Shown: piece by piece, positions 16,585 to 24,418 of the stretch
Layout: each line of letters begins with the position of its first letter
How positions within the stretch are numbered: the first letter of the stretch is position 1
Source: Armatimonadota bacterium
GTDB taxonomy: Bacteria > Armatimonadota > DTGP01 > DASXUI01
DNA: 60,874 bases
Assembly: GCA_036504955.1 (NCBI GenBank)
Contig: DASXUI010000097.1
Span: forward strand, 1 to 60,874
Direction of reading: 5' to 3'
Notes under the pieces: model-generated
Told to the model about the DNA's origin: nothing
What the model saw: only the letters and a program-made list of their open reading frames with translations
Databases searched by the model: none
Translations under genes and position numbers: made by a program

Positions 16585-16766
16585 CTCTCGTAGGTGCCCT
16601 GCTGCACCTTGGCCGCATCGATCTTGCTCTGGCCGTAGATGAGCGTCCAGGCGGTACCGGCGGCGAGGGCGGCGGCCTCCTTCAGGCTCAGGCCGTGGCC
16701 CATGGCGCCAAAGAACGCGCCGGCGATGGTCAACAGGCCGAGGGTCCACTTCTTGCTGATCTTCAT
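16581..16766 (-). CDS. holin-like small membrane protein
   Basis: 61 aa from ATG 16766 (GAGGAG upstream). Hydrophobic segments WTLGLLTIAGAFFGAMG and AAALAAGTAWTLIYG, directly upstream of the amidase. Confidence 0.55.
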   Translation of the reverse strand: MKISKKWTLGLLTIAGAFFGAMGHGLSLKEAAALAAGTAWTLIYGQSKIDAAKVQQGTYER

Positions 16767-16774
16767 CTCACTCC

Positions 16775-17110
16775 TCACTTTCCTAGAACGTGGTTGCCAC
16801 CCACCTGGAAGAGGTAGATGGCTATCCCTACCAGCAGGGTAAGCACTGCCCCGCTGACGCGCTCCACCCAGGGGTTCGGGCGCCGGGCCTCCGCCTGGGC
16901 TGCTTGGAGCTGGTCGATCCGTGAGGACATGCCGTCCATGCGAGCGGACATCCCCGCGACAGTGATACAGACCGACTGGAGCTGCCCCCCTTGGTGCTCC
17001 TGTCGCGTCTCGATACGGCCGATGGCATCGCCCAGACTGCCTGCTAGCGTGCGGGCCACTGCCGCGTCCTCCCGCGCCTTCCCGTTCACAGCTCCGTCGG
17101 TCGGTACCAT
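16775..17110 (-). CDS. XhlA-like lysis-associated membrane protein
   Basis: 111 aa with an N-terminal coiled coil and a C-terminal TM VSGAVLTLLVGIAIYLFQV. The order XhlA-like, holin, amidase mirrors the PBSX xhlA-xhlB-xlyA cassette. Confidence 0.5.
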   Translation of the reverse strand: MVPTDGAVNGKAREDAAVARTLAGSLGDAIGRIETRQEHQGGQLQSVCITVAGMSARMDGMSSRIDQLQAAQAEARRPNPWVERVSGAVLTLLVGIAIYLFQVGGNHVLGK

Positions 17111-17129
17111 CTAGCTCCCCCCAGGCATG

Positions 17130-17160
17130 AAAAAGGCGGCTCGGTCAGTGACCGTCCGCC
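17130..17160 (-). terminator. rho-independent terminator between the Skp-like gene and the lysis cassette
   Basis: The minus strand reads GGCGGACGGTCACTGACCGAGCCGCC (nested GGCGG/CCGCC and CGGTC/GACCG stems) followed by TTTTT, 20 nt before the XhlA-like ATG. Confidence 0.6.
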
Positions 17161-17206
17161 GTCTGCGCAACTATCGATCTATCAGATCATATGGATCGAT
17201 GGATCC

Positions 17207-17743
17207 CTACTTCGCCTTCTTCAGCGCCTCCACTACCTGCGCCGTCACGTCACGCCCGCCGGCCCAGCATAGCTCGGCGTCCACAAGGGCCGCCAGCCCC
17301 TCCGCAGCCAGCACCACCCCACACGCAGCCCGCAACGCGCTCCGGGCTTCCGCGTCCGCCGCCTGCTGGCGCTGGGCCAGCTCGCGGTTCAGCCGCGCCT
17401 CCAGCGCCTTGAGCTGCTGAGCGATGCCGTCGTGCTTCTCCTGCAACACCGTTCGGGCGACGCTTTGGCCCGAGGGCAGCTTGCGGATCTCCGCCTTCAG
17501 CCGCGCCTGCTCCTTCGCCGCCGCGTTGCGTGCGTCGTTGAACTCCTTGTCCGCCGCCTCCTTGGCCGCCTTCAGCGCCTGCTGTGTGGCAGGCAGGCCC
17601 GGCCAGGCGCTCAGCGCCCTCCGTGCGTCCAGGGTGCCGATAGCCGGCCCGTCCGCCGCCCACAGGCGCGGGAGGGGGGTGCCCAGCAGCAGCAGGGCGA
17701 GGGCGGCCGCGACGCCGCCACCGATGCGCGTTCGTGTGCTCGT
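17207..17743 (-). CDS. OmpH/Skp-like periplasmic chaperone homologue (start codon unresolved)
   Basis: My translation gives (ACG)STRTRIGGGVAAALALLLLGTPLPRLWA/ADGPAIGTLD...coiled coil...LRAACGVVLAAEGLAALVDAELCWAGGRDVTAQVVEALKKAK. This is collinear with E. coli Skp (ADKIAIVN... and ...DLVVDANAVAY..DIT..V). GGAGG lies 5 nt upstream of ACG 17743. The first ATG/GTG/TTG in frame is not until 17449. Confidence 0.6.
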   Translation of the reverse strand, partial: TSTRTRIGGGVAAALALLLLGTPLPRLWAADGPAIGTLDARRALSAWPGLPATQQALKAAKEAADKEFNDARNAAAKEQARLKAEIRKLPSGQSVARTVLQEKHDGIAQQLKALEARLNRELAQRQQAADAEARSALRAACGVVLAAEGLAALVDAELCWAGGRDVTAQVVEALKKAK

Positions 17744-17753
17744 GGTTGCCTCC

Positions 17754-20700
17754 TTATGAGCCTGTGTAGCCTGTAATGATGCCGCCTACGACCGTGATGG
17801 TCCCGGTTGCCGTGGTGATGGAGCCAGACCAGCCTGCTGTAGTCGCGTAGCCGCGAACCACCGCAAAGCTACTGCTCGTCTTGATGACTCCCGATGCCCC
17901 GATGGTCCCGGTAACCTCGATCGCCGCGTCAGCGCTGCTTGCCGCGTTGACCCGGATGCCCATTCCGGCTGAGCTGAGTTGCTGCACCTGTAGCGAGGGA
18001 TATGAACTACTGGCCGTGCAGAACACAGTGCCGTTGGGGCCGTAGGACAGGCTGCTGTCGTAGAGACCCCACCCATCGCTGGGGTTCGAGGTTAGCTGGC
18101 TGACGAACGGGAAAATGCCGTTCGAGATGCCAGCCCTTACCACTGAGTTGGTGTTGGTCAGGCTCTTCCAGCTCCGCACCCCCGCCGCCGTGCTGCTCAG
18201 CACCATCCCGTCGGTGGCGGGATTGCCGAGGCCCGGCTCCTTGCCAGCGAAGGAGTTGTAGGTGCCGCTTGCCAGCATCCCGTCGTGCGTGCTGTCCGCG
18301 TACTGACTGCTCAACGCTTGGCCGGCCAGCGTGAGCCCTCCGGAGGACGCGCCTAGCGTCACCGCCGAGTGGAACCGCGCATCGTTGCCCTGCGCCGCCG
18401 TGCCCGCCGTGGATCCATAGGTCACGGAGACCTGTTGCCCCGATAGGCTGACGCCAGCCCCTGCGGTCACCGCGTCATGAAAGCGGCTATCGTTACCCTG
18501 GGCAGAGGTGCCCGCCGTGGTGCCGTAGGTCACGCTCACCTGCTGCCCCGAGAGCCCGATGCCCGTCCCGGCCGTCACCGCCGCGTGCCGCTGGCTGATG
18601 GCGCTCGTGAGGTCCGCCGTCGCCGCCACGATGCTCAGCGCCCCCGTAGTCGCCGTCGCCCCCACCACCCCGCCGGCCGAGAGGTTGGGCAACAGCACAC
18701 TGGAGCCGGCCCCGTTCGCGGTCAGCGACAGGTTGCCGTTGGAGGAGGAGAGGGAGAGGCGTCCACTTGGCAACGCTTGCAGGTTGTAGAGGCCGGCGCC
18801 TTGGTCCCACAGGAAGAAGCTGTTGTCGTCAGCTTGCTTGCCCAGCGTCCACTTGGCGACAGCGGCATCGGCGAAGGTCAGGAACGCCTGGTAGGTGTTC
18901 GCCACCGGCGTATTGAGGATCAGGTTCGCCGCCCCGGACCCCAGGATCTTGGCCCCCAGCATCGACGTGACGCCGACGGCATCCACGCTCAGGGCGGGGT
19001 CAGGGCTCCCGCCCGAGGCAGCGAGACTGCTGTGGACGTGCCCCAGGAGGCTGTACCGCGTGTCGTGGTTGTGGGGTCCGTCCGCCACTTGGCCCACGCC
19101 TGGCCCCACGGAGAGGCCGAAGGTGCCGGTCGTGCCGTTGTAGGTCAGGGGCGCGGTGGCGCTCACCAGCCCCCGCACGCCCGCCGTGAAGGGCTGCCAG
19201 GTCCGGTCGCCCCTCAGATACGAGGTCCAGTCCCCGCCGGCAGGCAGGCCCTCCTTGGCGTTGAGTTGCGCTTGGATGCCGGAGGTCACCCCGTCTAGGC
19301 GCCCCAGCTCCGTCATATCCACCGCCGCCGGCCAGCCGGAGAGGTCGCTCGCCGCCGCCCCGCCCGAGAGGGTGCCGCCGGCGCTCTTCACGACGCCGGA
19401 GACGATGCTCGGCACCGCCAGCACTCCGGCAGCGTCCAGTGTGGCCTTGGGGGCGCCCGTGTTGGTGTAGATCGCCAGCGGGTTGCTGATGGCGTCCGAC
19501 CCCAGCCTGTTGGTGGCGGTCCCGTCGATCGTTTGGCCCAGCATCCAGTTCGCGCCGGCCCGCACCGCCTGCCCCTGCGGCAGGGAGAGACCCCCAGCCG
19601 TGGCCTCCAGGCTTCCCGCCTTGGCCGCGCCCGTCACCCACAGCCCGCCTGTCTGGCTGGCCGCTGGCGTCGCGGCCTGCAGCTGCACCTGCGGCACGTT
19701 GGCGAGCTGGTCGAGCCCCAGATTGACGCGCGCTCCGGCCGCCGTCCCGGCTCCGGTACCGCCGCTGATTACCGGGAGGAGCCCGCCCACCTGGGAGGCC
19801 AGATTGACGGCGCTCGACGAGTAGAGGTGGCCGCTGCTGTCAGCCATCAGGAACCCGCCCGTACCGATCAGGTCCGCGAGGATGAGGCTGCCCTTGGTGG
19901 CGTGGCTGGTGCTGCCGAGGGTGAGGTTGCCGCTCGCGACGTTGCTCCCGTACAGCGTCTGCCCGGAGCCGCGCCCCGCCAGGCGCGCGTATTGGGTGTG
20001 GTAGTCGCCCACGTCCGGGCCCGTCACGTCCGCATGGGCCACCGCGCCACCGAAGCTGACCCAGGCGGTGCCGTTGAAGACGTAGGATTTCGCCTCGTCG
20101 CCCACCAGCAGCGCGAGGTTGGTGGTCTGAGCACCACTGGCGGGCGTGAAAGTCCAGGCGGCGCCGCTCCACTCAGCGATGGCGTTGTCATGCGTGGCCC
20201 AGGCGCCCGTACCCGTGGGCCACACGATGTAACGTTGGCCCACCGCGGGGGTGCCAGGGGGCGTCGATAGGTCCTTGTCCAGGACCGACGCCGCCCAGGT
20301 GATGCCGGAGGCGCGGCTGTCTACGTAGGCCATCGTGGCGGCATCGCTGCCCGCCGAGGGGGTGCCGAGCCCGGTGATGCGGTACCCGCCCGCCGGCAGG
20401 TTGCCGGTCAGGGCGCGCCCGCCGTCGGCCCGCAGGTAGAGGGGATGATCGTCGGCCGTCAGGCCCGAGAGGCCGCTGTGGGGCAGCGTGGGCAGCGCCG
20501 TGCTGGCGATATGGCCGTCCGCCACCGTCAACGCCACGCCGCCGCTGCCCGCGTACAGGATGCCCGCCGTGGTCAGGGTGCCGGCGAAATACCCGTTGCC
20601 GGCCGCGCTCACCGTGAAGCGACCGACTCCGGAGGAGCTGTCGAGACTCAGCCCGTTGGCGACAGTGGAGCTGCCCAGGGTGATGAGGTTGGTACCGGCC

Positions 20701-21014
20701 GCCTGCGACAGGAGGTGCTGAGTGCCGTTGGCCCGCACGCTCCCCGCGCCGAGGTACAGGTGGCCGCCCGTGCCGATCGTCAGGCTCGCGGCCCGTACCA
20801 TCGGCGTGTCGGTGGCAACGCCCAGCACCTCCACACTGCCGGAGGTCTGCACGCGCAGCACGTTCGCGCCGTCCACGGTCGGGCGCACCAAGTGGGATCC
20901 GGTCTCCAGGTTGATAGTTGAGCGTACCTGTCTGCCGCTGTCCACCACGAAGTCCGCCCAGGAGGGCGAGACGAGGCAGGCAAGGGCGAGTAGAGCAAGG
21001 GACAGACGCCGCAT
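17754..21014 (-). CDS. tail fibre-like protein with Sec-type N-terminal signal sequence
   Basis: 1086 aa in the fibre position downstream of Tal. Fibre motifs LTADDHPLYLRADGGRALTGNL..ITGLGTPSAGSDAATMAYVDS and repeated ..YG.TAGT.AQGND.RFH. AGGAGG lies 5 nt before ATG 21014. The N-terminus is MRRLSLALLALACLVSPSWA/DF. Confidence 0.75.
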   Translation of the reverse strand: MRRLSLALLALACLVSPSWADFVVDSGRQVRSTINLETGSHLVRPTVDGANVLRVQTSGSVEVLGVATDTPMVRAASLTIGTGGHLYLGAGSVRANGTQHLLSQAAGTNLITLGSSTVANGLSLDSSSGVGRFTVSAAGNGYFAGTLTTAGILYAGSGGVALTVADGHIASTALPTLPHSGLSGLTADDHPLYLRADGGRALTGNLPAGGYRITGLGTPSAGSDAATMAYVDSRASGITWAASVLDKDLSTPPGTPAVGQRYIVWPTGTGAWATHDNAIAEWSGAAWTFTPASGAQTTNLALLVGDEAKSYVFNGTAWVSFGGAVAHADVTGPDVGDYHTQYARLAGRGSGQTLYGSNVASGNLTLGSTSHATKGSLILADLIGTGGFLMADSSGHLYSSSAVNLASQVGGLLPVISGGTGAGTAAGARVNLGLDQLANVPQVQLQAATPAASQTGGLWVTGAAKAGSLEATAGGLSLPQGQAVRAGANWMLGQTIDGTATNRLGSDAISNPLAIYTNTGAPKATLDAAGVLAVPSIVSGVVKSAGGTLSGGAAASDLSGWPAAVDMTELGRLDGVTSGIQAQLNAKEGLPAGGDWTSYLRGDRTWQPFTAGVRGLVSATAPLTYNGTTGTFGLSVGPGVGQVADGPHNHDTRYSLLGHVHSSLAASGGSPDPALSVDAVGVTSMLGAKILGSGAANLILNTPVANTYQAFLTFADAAVAKWTLGKQADDNSFFLWDQGAGLYNLQALPSGRLSLSSSNGNLSLTANGAGSSVLLPNLSAGGVVGATATTGALSIVAATADLTSAISQRHAAVTAGTGIGLSGQQVSVTYGTTAGTSAQGNDSRFHDAVTAGAGVSLSGQQVSVTYGSTAGTAAQGNDARFHSAVTLGASSGGLTLAGQALSSQYADSTHDGMLASGTYNSFAGKEPGLGNPATDGMVLSSTAAGVRSWKSLTNTNSVVRAGISNGIFPFVSQLTSNPSDGWGLYDSSLSYGPNGTVFCTASSSYPSLQVQQLSSAGMGIRVNAASSADAAIEVTGTIGASGVIKTSSSFAVVRGYATTAGWSGSITTATGTITVVGGIITGYTGS
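18358..18573 (-). repeat. 2 x 108-bp in-frame tandem repeat (plus partial third) inside the fibre gene
   Basis: Units start at 18358, 18466 and 18574 (GTCACCGC...). They encode H.AVTAG.G..LSGQQVSVTYG.TAGT.AQGND.RF. Confidence 0.85.
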
Positions 21015-21015
21015 C

Positions 21016-23634
21016 TTAGCCTCCTGGGGTGAACTCGACGGTCACCACCTGATCGAGGATCGGGTGGCAACCGGCCGCGAAGGTGATCGTGTAGTCGGAG
21101 ATCGACCATTCCTTGATGGGGATGTGGTAGTTCTTGCCGACCCAGACGCGCACTAGCGTTCCCGGTATCGGTGCCTTGGGCGTTACCCCGTCGGAGGCAT
21201 ACAGCGTGAGGGTCCGAGTGCCGCCCGCCAGGGTGTCCGGGTTGGCGTCCCAGGTCCGGGCGTACACTCCGGGCTCGCTCGGCCCGTACTGCGCCAGAAC
21301 GGGCAGCGTGCTGCTGCCAGGGTCTCCGGTCGGCACGCTGTTGCCCGGAGTGCTGACCAGGTTGGAGCCTCCCCGGTGCCCGCCGCCCCCGCCCCGCCCC
21401 TTCTTGCCGCCGAGGGCGTAGAGCAACAACAGCGCCGGGTCCGGACGCCGGTTGTCCAGGTCCAGGTCGCAGCGCTCCCCGCCGTGCTCGGCCATCGTGT
21501 ACTGCACGCGGGTGGGGTAGCTGATTAGGGGCACCGTCAGCCCGTCCACCCGCACCAGGCCGGTGGTCGCCAGGGCGTCCGTGGAGGTGTCCACCTGGCA
21601 CACCAGCGTGTCGGCCGGATCGATGCTCACCTGCCCGGTTCGGACGGGCGAGGCATAGCGGTTGAGCCAGCCGGCCGCGTAGGCCCGCGCCTGTTTCAGG
21701 GTGGTGATCTCCTCGGCGTCCACCACCTTCTCCCGCAGACCGTAGGTGCTGATGCTGGCCTGCGCCGCGGCGGAGAGGGCGCCCGCGCCCGTGGTCGGCA
21801 GCGCCACGGCCGGCGTCGCGTTGTCGCCCCGGAACACCCATTCGCAGGTTTCGCCGGGCATGAACTCGTCGTCACCCGCTACCCCATCCTCGCGGAGCAT
21901 ACAGCAGTCCACGTCCAGCACTCCGGCGGAGCAGACGGCCAGCGCCGCCCGAAGGCCGGTGGCGTGCTCGTTGCCCTCCGTGACGATCACCGCCTTGATG
22001 CGCTGCCAGGTCCCTAGCCCGTTGGTCACCACCGTGTTCCCGCTCATGGGCAGCCAATGCTTGACCGACCCGCCAGGGTCGTCCACGTAGAGGCCGAGGC
22101 TCACCGTCATGGCGGTGGAGCTGCGAAGCCAGAAGTAGAGGGCGAACGCCGTGTACTTGCGGAAGGGCGACCCGTGGTCGTTCGTTGGGATCAGCGTGAC
22201 CTTGCGGCCGCCGTAGCTCAGCACCTTGCCCGTGGTGTCGATCCGCACGCAGGAGGAGCCATACAGGGGCGACGCGTTGCAGCTCCAGTCCACCGGCACG
22301 TCGGTGACCAGCTTCTTGGCGTCGGTATCGTACAGCACCCAGCCGTCCTGGCTGGTTTTGTCGCCCCGGAACAGCCACAGGTCGTCCAGGAGGATGCCGG
22401 TGGTGCCCGCCGTCCAAGTCACCGTTACCTTGATGTACTTGGCCGTCGTGAGGGCGGCCGCGACATGGAACACCTCGCGGTGCTCCTGGTAGCTGCGCCA
22501 GGTAACGCCGAAGCTGCCATTGATGGGCGTGGCCAGCACGGCCAGGGCCGCGTTCAACACCTCCACCTTCACGCCGACCGTCGCGCTGCCCGCGACCCAG
22601 AGGGCCGTGTTCAGCAGGAACAGGAAGGGGGTGTCGGCGCCCACCAGGAGTTGCGCGCTCACGTCCACCGTCTGGGCCACGCTGCTGCCCGCCACGGAGC
22701 CCAGGATGGCGACGTAGTTGCCGGACCGCGCGTAGGCACCGCTCCACCGCTCGGAGGGCCGCTTGCGGGCGTCCCCCGTCTCCACCCAGGGGTCGGAGGC
22801 GTTATGGTGCCACACGGTGCCCGTCTCGAAGGACGGGTCGATCAGCAGGTTGCCCGCAACCGTCTCGCCGGGAAGCAGGGCTTGAGCGAACCGGCTGTTG
22901 TAGACCGTGTTTCCCGCCGCCCCCGCGTTGCCGCCGACCAGTTTGATCGCGTTGACGACCCCCGCCAGGTCCTCCGGCTGCGCCAGATAGGTGACCTCTC
23001 GGCCGGCGCGGAAGCGGTAGTCCTCCAGCGTGACGGCGATGGGCATCGCCCGCACGTACAGCACGTTCCCGCCGCCCGTTGGGTCCACGGCGAAGCCCCA
23101 CAGCAATCCGCGCATGGAGGCGTCGGCCAGCTTGTCGAAGGCGGCCCGGAGGTCGGTATCGAAGAACTCGGCGCGCTCCAGCGTGTAGCCGATGGGCGTG
23201 TCGATGCTGACCGTGAGGCCCGGAAGGGCCGGCAGCAGGTAGCGGTGGGCGAGCTGGGCGAAGAACTCGCTCACGTCGGCGCCGCCGGCCTTGACGATGG
23301 CGGAGTCCACCAGGAGAGTGCCGCAGCGCCCCATTAGGCCGCAGCCGGTCAGCGTGAGGCTCGGGGTATCCTGCAGGCTCCGCTCCACCTGCTCCACCCA
23401 GCCGCGGTAAACGCACGCGCTGCCCCACCAGAACTCCACGCGCCAGTTGCTGGCGGGCATCGCGCCCAGCAGGGCCGTGATCTCCACGTCCTCATAGGCC
23501 GCCACCAGGTCCAGTGTGAAGGTGTCGCACCCGCCCCGCTCGGTCAGGATGAAGTCACGGGAGAGCACCCAGGCGCGCGGGCACGGAACGCGGGTGCCAG
23601 CCGCCGTGTAGAGCCTTGTCTCGAAGGCGAGCAT
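21016..23634 (-). CDS. tail-associated (Tal-like) baseplate/tip protein with CBM4_9-like carbohydrate-binding modules
   Basis: 872 aa immediately after Dit. The N-terminal siphovirus tail-tip region is followed by NLLIDPSFETGTVWHH...ILLDDLWLF-type CBM blocks. Confidence 0.65.
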   Translation of the reverse strand: MLAFETRLYTAAGTRVPCPRAWVLSRDFILTERGGCDTFTLDLVAAYEDVEITALLGAMPASNWRVEFWWGSACVYRGWVEQVERSLQDTPSLTLTGCGLMGRCGTLLVDSAIVKAGGADVSEFFAQLAHRYLLPALPGLTVSIDTPIGYTLERAEFFDTDLRAAFDKLADASMRGLLWGFAVDPTGGGNVLYVRAMPIAVTLEDYRFRAGREVTYLAQPEDLAGVVNAIKLVGGNAGAAGNTVYNSRFAQALLPGETVAGNLLIDPSFETGTVWHHNASDPWVETGDARKRPSERWSGAYARSGNYVAILGSVAGSSVAQTVDVSAQLLVGADTPFLFLLNTALWVAGSATVGVKVEVLNAALAVLATPINGSFGVTWRSYQEHREVFHVAAALTTAKYIKVTVTWTAGTTGILLDDLWLFRGDKTSQDGWVLYDTDAKKLVTDVPVDWSCNASPLYGSSCVRIDTTGKVLSYGGRKVTLIPTNDHGSPFRKYTAFALYFWLRSSTAMTVSLGLYVDDPGGSVKHWLPMSGNTVVTNGLGTWQRIKAVIVTEGNEHATGLRAALAVCSAGVLDVDCCMLREDGVAGDDEFMPGETCEWVFRGDNATPAVALPTTGAGALSAAAQASISTYGLREKVVDAEEITTLKQARAYAAGWLNRYASPVRTGQVSIDPADTLVCQVDTSTDALATTGLVRVDGLTVPLISYPTRVQYTMAEHGGERCDLDLDNRRPDPALLLLYALGGKKGRGGGGGHRGGSNLVSTPGNSVPTGDPGSSTLPVLAQYGPSEPGVYARTWDANPDTLAGGTRTLTLYASDGVTPKAPIPGTLVRVWVGKNYHIPIKEWSISDYTITFAAGCHPILDQVVTVEFTPGG

Positions 23635-24407
23635 TAGAGGTAGCGTCCGCGCCAGGTGGTGATAAGGCTCGCCAGGGTCAGGGGCGCGGCAAAGGTCAGC
23701 ACCAGGTTGTTACTGCCGGGGATGAGGCCGAAGAAGCTGCCCGCCGTCAGGAGGCTCAGGGCGTTGGCGCCGTTGCGCGTCACCGTCTGCGCCAGGGCGT
23801 CCACCACCAGCACGTCGCCGGCCGTGAAGGTCCCGGTGAGGGTGAAGGACTTGACCGGCGAGGGGCTGGAGCGCTGCAGCACGATCGTTCCGGTCCCGCC
23901 CACGCCGATCGTGAGGGTGTAGGCTGGCAGGGCCTCCGCCGTCCCGGTGGCGATGACGTTGTGGCCGGGCGCGCCCGCCGCCGGGGTCAGGACGGTATCG
24001 GTGCTCGCGAGGGCCGCGTACAGGTAGGGGTCCGGGCAGCGGAAGTGCGCCTCAAAGGTGCAGGTGTTCTTCATCCGGTTGTTGAGCCCGATCGTTGGCA
24101 GCCCCACCGGGCAGGCGCGTCGATACCGATCGTCCCAGCGGTAGAGGTTGGCGTAGCCGGTGCCGGGGTTGTGGGCCGCCAGGAAGGCATCGAGGGCCGA
24201 CCGCCAGAGGGCCGCGCTGGAGGCGGAGATGCGCCCCGAAACCGTCACCTCGCGAGGTCCCAGCAGCGCCTGCGTCTCCCGCGCCCGGTCGCTGCCCGGC
24301 ACCGCGATCGCCTCGCCCCGGTCCCCAATCCGCTCCTGCCAGTCGCTGACATGGGCGCTGTTGGAGGCGTAGACGTAGCTGCCAAACTGGTAGGCCAGGC
24401 TTGCCAT
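23634..24407 (-). CDS. distal tail protein (Dit)-like
   Basis: 257 aa. Called from its position directly after the tape measure gene and from its size. Confidence 0.6.
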   Translation of the reverse strand: MASLAYQFGSYVYASNSAHVSDWQERIGDRGEAIAVPGSDRARETQALLGPREVTVSGRISASSAALWRSALDAFLAAHNPGTGYANLYRWDDRYRRACPVGLPTIGLNNRMKNTCTFEAHFRCPDPYLYAALASTDTVLTPAAGAPGHNVIATGTAEALPAYTLTIGVGGTGTIVLQRSSPSPVKSFTLTGTFTAGDVLVVDALAQTVTRNGANALSLLTAGSFFGLIPGSNNLVLTFAAPLTLASLITTWRGRYL

Positions 24408-24418
24408 CTCTACGCCTC

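Noticed and set aside
16043-16618. N-terminal ~190 aa of the 397-aa sigma-factor ORF
   Set aside because: This part overlaps the amidase_2 endolysin in another frame and is Arg/Pro/Gly-rich. Sigma region 2 begins just after GTG 16042.
17207-17743. Reading the coiled-coil gene as an Rz-type i-spanin of the lysis cassette
   Set aside because: This reading is plausible from position alone. However, the C-terminal block aligns with the Skp/OmpH C-terminus, no embedded or adjacent lipoprotein (o-spanin) ORF with a lipobox exists, and a terminator separates the gene from the lysis genes. It is kept as the minority alternative.
17754-21014. Diversity-generating retroelement targeting the fibre gene
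   Set aside because: No reverse transcriptase or template repeat is present anywhere in the window. The fibre repeats are adjacent, in frame, and lack adenine-specific differences.
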